Shown: positions 1 to 5,812 of the stretch, piece by piece
Position numbering within the stretch: the stretch's first letter is position 1
Layout of the letters: every line of letters begins with the position of its first letter
Source: Octopus sinensis
Taxonomy: Eukaryota
Assembly: GCF_006345805.1 (NCBI RefSeq)
Contig: NW_021829054.1
Coordinates: forward strand, 1 to 7,025
Direction: 5' to 3'
Length of the DNA stretch: 7,025 nucleotides
Position numbers and translations under genes: made by a program
Notes under the pieces: model-generated
What the model was told of the DNA's origin: nothing
What the model saw: the letters and a program-made list of their open reading frames with translations, nothing else
The model's database searches: none

Positions 1-23
1 CCGTGATAGGTGACAAACAGAGG

Positions 24-26
<3 letters not shown>

Positions 27-114
<88 letters not shown>
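27..114. repeat. (AG)44 microsatellite
   Basis: Perfect AG dinucleotide run read directly; it accounts for the ERERE 'ORF' at 10..234. Confidence 0.98.
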
Positions 115-117
<3 letters not shown>

Positions 118-255
118 TTAGCGGTTCGGCAAAAGAGACCGATAAGTACTAGGCTTACAAAGAATAAGCCTAGCCAGGGGTGGATTTGCTCGACTAAAGG
201 CGGTGCTCCAGCATGGCCGCAGTCAAATGACTGAAACAAGTAAAAGAGTAAAGAG
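115..255 (+). mobile_element. 3' half of tRNA-derived SINE family A (octopus-type)
   Basis: AACTTAGCGGTTCGGCAAAAGAGACCGAT...GGCGGTGCTCCAGCATGGCCGCAGTCAAATGACTGAAACAAGTAAAAGAGTAAAGAG aligns with the 3' half of the full copy at 5238-5675 and, inverted, with 4350-4480. Confidence 0.93.
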
Positions 256-269
256 CAATGGACAATCTC

Positions 270-406
270 AGTGGTGGAGAATATATAAAATAACCAGTTA
301 AGAGAAGTGACACGTATTTATACCATTTGTTGATAGCTGTTTCGTAATCTGTGTCTTGTAACACCATCGATGCTATATCGTCCGATACATTTCTAAATAA
401 ATATAC
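270..406 (+). repeat. Unclassified dispersed repeat X, copy 1
   Basis: 294-406 aligns to 1980-2094 with 14 mismatches and one 2-nt gap (~86% identity); weaker similarity extends ~25 nt upstream. Confidence 0.9.
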
Positions 407-560
407 CTATAAATACATGTATATATATATATGGGTATAGATATCCTTGTGGTGTAACATAATTAACAGACTACACGTTAGAACAAACCATGGTCAGATA
501 TCAGACCCCTGCTAGAATCAGCAAGTTTAACTCTATATAAAATCTCACTTCTCTTATCTG

Positions 561-640
561 TTGAGTACTGGAGTCGATGTAATCAGCTAGCCTCCACCTC
601 CTCCAAAAACCTCAGACCCTTGTGCCTATGGCTGAAAGGA
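561..640 (+). mobile_element. 3' tail fragment of a third octopus-type SINE family (C)
   Basis: TTGAGTACTGGAGTCGATGTAATCAGCTAG...CCTCAGACCCTTGTGCCTATGGCTGAAAGGATT resembles the recalled tail of an abundant octopus SINE (...ACTGGGGTCGATGTAATCGACT...CAGGCCTTGTGCCTA...GAAAGGATT). No second copy in the window to confirm it. Confidence 0.55.
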
Positions 641-893
641 TTTTACACACACACACATACATAAAAGAAAACATACAAATTTGCACATGCTCTGACTCCA
701 AATATTCGACATACGCCAAAGTACCTTGTTGACGTTGTTGAAATTCCCATGAAGGAACCTTGGATCTAGGTTAGAAACCGGCTCTTTCTCTATTGGCAAG
801 AAACCTTGAAATAAAACTTTATAATGACATACACATACACATAATATAATAGATTCTTCCGCCAATTTCGACATATAAGGGTCAACCACCATT

Positions 894-1178
894 TTACTTT
901 TTTCTTGGTGGCGGTGGGACGCTTTTTCGTTTTCTTCTTGTTGCTTTTAACGCCCGTCGCTTATGAGACTTTAATCCAGCCAACGATTTACTGTCAAGTC
1001 CATAGATTGGACATAAAAAAGTGATTGTTATCAAAGTCGATGGCATGTTACTTAGAGACTTTGCTATCAGCGCCTTAAAGTAATCTGAAGAACCGAATCC
1101 ATAGTTCTTTATGGCTTTTAGTACTGTATGTGACGACGGCTTAGTTGGCCGAAACTTTGAAATCACTGTCAACAGCAT
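894..1178 (-). CDS. Uncharacterised 94-aa ORF with basic C-terminus (possible exon or TE/virus-derived fragment; unverified)
   Basis: Stop-free for 94 codons in non-repetitive, microsatellite-free sequence; ends KSHKRRALKATRRKRKSVPPPPRKK. No recognisable domain. Confidence 0.18.
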   Translation of the reverse strand: MLLTVISKFRPTKPSSHTVLKAIKNYGFGSSDYFKALIAKSLSNMPSTLITITFLCPIYGLDSKSLAGLKSHKRRALKATRRKRKSVPPPPRKK

Positions 1179-1377
1179 TCTTGTTTAAGAATAATAAATT
1201 TGTACTCTACAAAAGTATAGAGTAACCCATCAGATTAATGTAAAATTGTCTTCATTGTAACTGAACATATACACAAACATTAAAACACACACACATAACA
1301 TATGCATACGTACATACGTATATGTATACACAGATGCATATGAAAACGGGTAAATATATGTATGTATAAATATATGT

Positions 1378-1475
1378 ATATACAACTTTATGTAGCTAAC
1401 TTTAAGTGAATACATATTTTTGTTCTAGAGCATGTATACAAAGGCACTTATAGTTAGCTACACAAAGATGCATAT
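1378..1475. other. Imperfect inverted repeat (31-bp arms, 36-nt spacer)
   Basis: Arm 1378-1408 pairs with 1445-1475 at 27/31 Watson-Crick positions; the core TGTAGCTAACTTTAAGTG / CACTTATAGTTAGCTACA pairs at 17/18. Confidence 0.88.
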
Positions 1476-1849
1476 TTGCGGATGTATAAATAATATGTAT
1501 ACGCATTATATGTTTCATTGTCAGCAAAATGTAAACAAAGTCAGCCATTGAAGAAGGACTTGAACGAAAAATTTTTTAGAAAAATAGCGCTTATTCGTTT
1601 AAGCTTAGAAGTTTTCTTTCGTTTGTTTTTTCTGCTTTCTTTTTTTTTCTCTTTTACAAAACGGTGTTTTGATTTGAATGTTTTTTAACATCATCGATTC
1701 AGAATCTGACATTTTTTAAAAAAGAAAAAACAACTTTTGAATAAGAAACTGACAAACTGATTAGTGTCAGGTGATTAACAATACTTGCAAGTGCTTGTTT
1801 AGTTACGCACGCTTTTACGAATATAAAACCTATAATTTATATGTCCTTT

Positions 1850-1957
1850 TATTCTTCAACTTGTTTCAGCCATTGGACTGTGGCCATACAGGGCCACCAC
1901 CTTCAAGGATTTTGTCGAACAAATCTACCTCCGTACTTATACTTTTTAGATTCTGGT
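1850..1957 (-). mobile_element. Diverged 3' fragment of a SINE-A-related element
   Basis: ACTTGTTTCAGCCATTGGACTGTGGCCATACAGGGCCACCACCTTCAAGG...GTCGAACAAATC...TACTTAT matches the reverse complement of the SINE-A 3' end (compare 4355-4450). Confidence 0.85.
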
Positions 1958-2094
1958 GTTGGAAAATAAAAAAAAATGGCCAGATAAGAAAAGTGACGCA
2001 CGTGTTTATTCCATTTGTTGACAGCTGTTTCGTAATATGTGTCATGTTACAACATCGATGCTATATCGTCCGACGCACGTATAAATAAATATAC
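1956..2094 (+). repeat. Unclassified dispersed repeat X, copy 2
   Basis: Direct repeat of 270-406. Confidence 0.9.
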
Positions 2095-2107
2095 ATATAA
2101 TTTATAT

Positions 2108-2306
2108 ATTCTTTTAATTCTTTCATTTGTTTCAATCATTCCAGAGCATCATCTTGAATGATTTTGTAGACCCCAATACTTATATTTTTTAGATTCTGGT
2201 ATTTATCCTACCTGTTTCTTTTGCTGAACTATTGGGTTCCAGTTGCTTAACCAAATCAACACCTATTGCCCAGTGATGTAAGGACAAAGACAAAAACATA
2301 CGCATA

Positions 2307-2340
<34 letters not shown>

Positions 2341-2432
2341 GTTCAAGGCTTCAATAGAGTTTCTATCTCCCATATTCTCTCACAAGACATTGATCGGTAT
2401 GGAGAAATAATTGAAAGCATTTGCCCAAAGTT
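2108..2432 (-). mobile_element. Old, heavily diverged SINE-A-related copy lacking a recognisable tRNA head
   Basis: 3' end TTTGTTTCAATCATT; shares TACTTATA...TTTAGATTCTGGT with 1934-1957; central (TA)n at ~2314-2340; CTCACAAGACATTGATCGG...ATTTGCCCAAAG aligns with CTCACAAGGCTTTGATCG...ACTTGTCCAAGG of the other copies. Confidence 0.7.
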
Positions 2433-2521
2433 AGAAGGTATGAGAGGAGAAAATGTATAAATTTATTTATACATATCACGTGACTCCCAAAGGGTTACGG
2501 ACGTTTCGCAATCTTATACTA

Positions 2522-2572
<51 letters not shown>
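2522..2572. repeat. Compound (CT)n(CA)n microsatellite
   Basis: Read directly. Confidence 0.95.
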
Positions 2573-2574
<2 letters not shown>

Positions 2575-2756
2575 CCCCCACACGCCCTCCCCCCACACAC
2601 GAGTAAAAATGCACAGAAGGACGACAAATGAACACAAAAAATTCGCTCACAAGTTACTGGGATAAATGACCAACATAAAGAACGTAGACGGGAACCTAAA
2701 CAAGCGATGAACGACGATATGATAAGAAGAAGACAGAATGGAGAACGACACAGGCA

Positions 2757-2757
<1 letters not shown>

Positions 2758-2796
<39 letters not shown>
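2758..2796. repeat. (TA)n microsatellite
   Basis: Read directly; abuts the SINE-B 5' end. Confidence 0.95.
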
Positions 2797-2798
<2 letters not shown>

Positions 2799-3066
2799 AG
2801 GCGCAATGGCCTAGTGGTTAGGGCAGCGGACTCGCGGTTTCGATTCCCAGACCGGGCGTTGTGAGTGTTTATTGAGCGAAAACACCTAAAGCTCCACGAT
2901 GCTCCGGCAGGGGGTGGTGATCCCTGCTGTACTCTTTCACCACTCTTTCTCTCTCTCTTTCTTCTGTTGGCCTGCTCGCTTAGCCAGCGGGGTGGCGTCA
3001 TTCGAAGGCTAAAACAATGCGAATGCATTGTGACCAACGATGTGTAACAACATCTGATCACGTGAT
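2797..3066 (+). mobile_element. tRNA-derived SINE family B (octopus-type), near full length
   Basis: tRNA-like head with A box TGGCCTAGTGG (2807-2817) and B box GTTTCGATTCC (~2840-2850); pyrimidine-rich middle; ends TCTGATCACGTGAT; (TA)n on both sides. Confidence 0.85.
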
Positions 3067-3090
3067 ATATATATATATGTATATACATAT

Positions 3091-3359
3091 CAAGGTCGGC
3101 GCTAGGAGGTGCGGTGCCTGATTAGAGAATTGTCAGTGGGGCCCTCTAGTCTGCAAAAGTTGAAGATTGATGTTTTATTCTTTGTGTAGTACGCCAGTTC
3201 CAGCCAAAAAACGTTGAGGGCTTGAGGCTCCACCACTAGCCACAATGATATATTAAAAATTCACCCCACTGTCCTCCGCTAGAGCGTGTGCATAGGACCC
3301 TCTCTTGGCGCGGGACCCAATTTGAATGAGTCTGTCTTATTAGCTTAAAACCGGCCCTG
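3091..3359. mobile_element. 269-bp non-autonomous DNA transposon (MITE), hAT/Tip100-like
   Basis: Termini CAAGGTCGG (3091-3099) and CCGGCCCTG (3351-3359; reverse complement CAGGGCCGG) match at 7/9; TACATAT direct repeat on both flanks (3084-3090, 3360-3366); internal GGGCCC/GGGACCC motifs. CAGGGCCGG termini with GGGCCC subterminal motifs are typical of Tip100-group hAT elements such as MER45. Confidence 0.7.
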
Positions 3360-3756
3360 TACATATACAGGTCTTTCGGCTATGATACAGCATAGGACAA
3401 GATATGTGCAGAAATAACGCTGATGGAAAAATGTCCTATAGGACTTGAAAAATAAAGTAGAGGGATAGCAAGATAGAAAGAAAGATGAGAAGATTGAAGA
3501 AATAGACAGAAGTTTGGAATGAAAGGTGAAAAAACAAGATGAACCCAGGGCTGAAAGTGAAAGCTAAGGCGAGAGCCTGAGAAAGCATGTCTGAACAGGT
3601 GAGCAATCAAGCAGGAAGAGAATTGATGGAAGGGAGACCGGGATGGTTACGTGATACCTAAAATGAAAGGGAAGAAGGAGAAACGGGTGGTCAAGGGTAG
3701 AGAGAAAGGTAAAGAATGGGGGAGAAATGTGAGTCGTTCAAAGAGGAGGATACAGG

Positions 3757-3771
3757 CACAAACACAGACAC

Positions 3772-3806
<35 letters not shown>

Positions 3807-3980
3807 CATATATATATGCACGACGGGCTTCTTTCAGTTTCCGTTTTCCAAATCCACTCACAAGGCTTTGATCGACCCGAGGCTATAGCAGACGATACTT
3901 GTCCAAGGTACCACGTGGTGGAACTGAACCCGGAACCATGTGGTTGGGAAGCAAGCCTCTTACCACGCAGCCATTCTTGC
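3757..3980 (-). mobile_element. 5' half of SINE-A (tRNA head to central microsatellite)
   Basis: On the minus strand, A box TGGCTGCGTGG (3973-3963) and B box GGTTCAGTTCC (3930-3920); body matches 5238-5490; (CA)n/(TA)n at ~3770-3817. Confidence 0.93.
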
Positions 3981-4030
3981 ATTTGTTATTAGAATTTTCA
4001 AATTGCAACAACAGTATCTCTTATGCTCTG

Positions 4031-4121
4031 TCTTTTACATGTTTCAGTCATCAAACTGCGGCCTTGCTGGGGCACCGCCTTGAGGAAATTTCAGTCGAAT
4101 GAATCGATCCCAGTACTTATT
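4031..4121 (-). mobile_element. 3' fragment of a SINE-A-related element
   Basis: TCTTTTACATGTTTCAGTCATCAAACTGCGGCCTTGCTGGGGCACCGCCTTGA...AGTCGAATGAATCGATCCCAGTACTTATT, then poly-T; matches 4350-4440. Confidence 0.88.
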
Positions 4122-4187
4122 ATTCTTTTTTTTTTTTGTTTTTTTGTTGGAGTAGAATTTGGTTTGAAGAAAAGTTTTGTTTAAGAG

Positions 4188-4319
4188 ACTGACGACCTCA
4201 AAGAATGGACACGAAATAAGAGTCTGGCTAGTTGTATACGTACTGCAGAACGTAGAGGGAAATGGAGAGTCTTGGCATGACAAACCCTGGCGACAGGAAA
4301 GGAGCCTGGGTGATGATGA
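4188..4319 (+). mobile_element. 5'-truncated 3' end of an RTE-clade LINE (pseudogenised ORF C-terminus plus (TGA)3 tail)
   Basis: Frame +3 reads TDDLKEWTRNKSLASCIRTAERRGKWRVLA*QTLATGKEPG***. This fits the RTE C-terminal signature W.DD(I/L)KEW...SL....R.A.DR..WR and ends in a TGATGATGA tandem tail typical of RTE elements. Confidence 0.78.
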
Positions 4320-4349
4320 AATGCTTTGAATCATTTTTGTAGTGAGTAT

Positions 4350-4569
4350 CTTTTACTTGTTTCAGCCATTTGACTGCGGCCATGCTGGGGCACCGCTTTA
4401 AAGTTCTTTAGTCGAATGAATCGACTCCATGACTTATTCTTAAGCCTAGTACTTACTGTGTAGGTTCATTTGCCGAACCAGTAAATTGCAAGGACGTAAA
4501 CACACCAACACCGGTTGTCAAGCGGTTGTTGAGGACAACCAGAAAGACATACACACATAGACATACATA

Positions 4570-4621
<52 letters not shown>

Positions 4622-4806
4622 ACACACACACACACATGTATATGACAGTCTTCTTTCAGTTTCCGTCTACCAAATCCACTCACAAAGCTTTGGTTGGCTC
4701 GAGGCTATGGATGAAGACACTTGCCCAAGGTGTCACGGCGTGGGACTGAATTCAGAACCATGTGGTTGGAGAACAAGCTTCTTAACACACAGCCACAGCT
4801 GCGCCT
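4350..4806 (-). mobile_element. Full-length SINE-A copy
   Basis: Colinear with the reverse complement of 5238-5675; central (CA)n ~4555-4636; degenerate A box TGGCTGTGTGT and B box AATTCAGTCCC. Confidence 0.95.
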
Positions 4807-4816
4807 ATGATTAATT

Positions 4817-5019
4817 TAGCATTGCCAAACTTTTCAAAGACGGTTTTAGGATTTGCTTAATCCTTCATAAGATTTAACTTTATGGAAGAGAGCAAGACAA
4901 ATATTAATAAAGATATATAATGATCCTTTTTGTTTTATGATTTTTTTTTGTTTGTTTTTCTAAATTAGGGAAATGAATTTCAAGGGTTCCCTAAGAGCAA
5001 AAGAGGTTGGGAAACACTG
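4817..5019. mobile_element. Possible decayed hAT/Charlie-like MITE; right terminus clear, left terminus weak
   Basis: GGTTGGGAAACACTG (5005-5019) is the reverse complement of CAGTGTTTCCCAACC, a Charlie-type hAT terminus. A candidate left end TAGCATTGCCAAACTT (4817) matches only ~9/16, and the putative 8-bp TSDs match only 5/8. Confidence 0.4.
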
Positions 5020-5068
5020 CATTAGTCTATCATGATCACCACTACAACCACCGAGCACCAACCCAACA

Positions 5069-5089
5069 CCGCCGCCGCCGCCGCCGCCG
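5069..5089. repeat. (CCG)7 trinucleotide repeat preceded by degenerate ACC/CCA repeats
   Basis: Read directly. Confidence 0.95.
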
Positions 5090-5176
5090 TCAATTGCTTT
5101 TATTATTTAGAAACCCAATACAACTATTACGAGGTATCTGTGTTCTTTATCCGTGTAATTAATATAATGCATTAAC

Positions 5177-5224
5177 AAAGCTTGGATTAAGATTCCATTT
5201 CGCTTCCTCCAAAAACACCTACTA
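5177..5224 (+). repeat. Left copy of 48-bp direct repeat flanking SINE-A (putative TSD)
   Basis: AAAGCTTGGATTAAGATTCCATTTCGCTTCCTCCAAAAACACCTACTA, 46/48 identical to 5676-5723. Confidence 0.93.
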
Positions 5225-5237
5225 TATATCTCTATAT

Positions 5238-5415
5238 AGGAGTGGCTGTGTGGTAAGTAGCTTGCTTACCAATCTCATGGTTCCGGGTTCAGTCCCACTG
5301 CGTGGCACCTTGGGGAAGTGTCTTCAACTATAGCCTCGGGTCCGTCCAAAGCCTTGTGAGTGGATTTGGTAGACGGAAACTGAAAGAAGCCTGTCGTATA
5401 TATGTGTATACATAC

Positions 5416-5453
<38 letters not shown>

Positions 5454-5675
5454 TATGTGTGTGTGTGTGTGTGTGTGTGTATGTTTGTGTGTTTGTCCCC
5501 CCAACATCGCTTGAAAACTGACGCTGGTGTGTTTACGTCCCCATAATTTAGCAGTAAAAGAAACCGATAGAATAAGAGCTAGGCTTACAAAGGATAAGTC
5601 CTGGGGTCGATTTGTTCGACTAAAGGCGGTGCTCCAGCATGGCCACAGTCACATGACTGAAACAAGTAAAAGAGT
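5238..5675 (+). mobile_element. Full-length tRNA-derived SINE-A copy (octopus-type; CORE-like CCTTGGG(G/C)AAGT motif after the tRNA head)
   Basis: tRNA-like head with A and B boxes, conserved body, central (TA)/(TG) microsatellite ~5400-5480, 3' end GACTGAAACAAGTAAAAGAGT; multiple homologues in the window. I cannot reliably assign it to a named family (OK/OR1/OR2). Confidence 0.95.
5243..5296 (+). promoter_or_regulatory. Internal RNA polymerase III promoter of the SINE (A box 5243-5253, B box 5286-5296)
   Basis: TGGCTGTGTGG and GGTTCAGTCCC at tRNA-like spacing. Confidence 0.75.
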
Positions 5676-5723
5676 AAAGTTTGGATTAAGATTCCATTTC
5701 GCTTTCTCCAAAAACACCTACTA
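5676..5723 (+). repeat. Right copy of 48-bp direct repeat flanking SINE-A (putative TSD)
   Basis: AAAGTTTGGATTAAGATTCCATTTCGCTTTCTCCAAAAACACCTACTA. Confidence 0.93.
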
Positions 5724-5725
5724 CC

Positions 5726-5767
5726 TATATATATGTGTGTGTGTATGTGCGTAGATATATAGATACA

Positions 5768-5798
<31 letters not shown>

Positions 5799-5812
5799 TC
5801 CTACACATACAG
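5726..5812. repeat. Compound (TA)/(TG)/(TACA)n microsatellite
   Basis: Read directly. Confidence 0.9.

Noticed and set aside
10-234. 74-aa ORF with ERERE tract
   Set aside because: Translation of (AG)44 plus SINE sequence.
750-775. LDPRF motif in ORF 626-892 resembling hAT transposases
   Set aside because: A five-residue match with non-matching context; no other hAT motif nearby.
1080-1104. 25-nt GT...AG segment resembling the ultrashort introns of dicyemid parasites of octopus
   Set aside because: Removing it does not restore a reading frame, and the region is embedded among host-type SINEs.
1748-1800. Two short adjacent hairpins (CTGACA..TGTCAG; ACTTGCAAGT palindrome) and a 10-bp hairpin at 6158-6180
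   Set aside because: Short, imperfect and expected by chance at this AT content.
2573-2600. Possible G-quadruplex on the minus strand (also 5845-5856)
   Set aside because: Fewer than four separable G3 tracts.
2696-3088. ORFs 2696-3088 (-) and 2865-3047 (+)
   Set aside because: Within SINE-B and (TA)n.
3647-4102. Overlapping ORFs 3647-3982, 3651-3992 and 3899-4102
   Set aside because: They run through SINE bodies and CA/TG microsatellites (THTH/CVCV); no domain signal.
4189-4216. CTGACGA...GAAA second hammerhead-like motif
   Set aside because: No stem II (C-C at the closing pair), no stem I or III; it lies inside the RTE coding remnant.
5238-5310. tRNA gene call for the SINE heads (also 2797-2865, 3908-3980, 4735-4806)
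   Set aside because: A/B boxes are present, but I find no clean cloverleaf or acceptor stem and each continues into SINE body; these are SINE promoters, not tRNA genes.
4453-5788. ORFs 4453-4683, 5302-5514, 5527-5754 and 5585-5788
   Set aside because: All derive from SINE-A copies and microsatellites; the same peptides recur at each copy.
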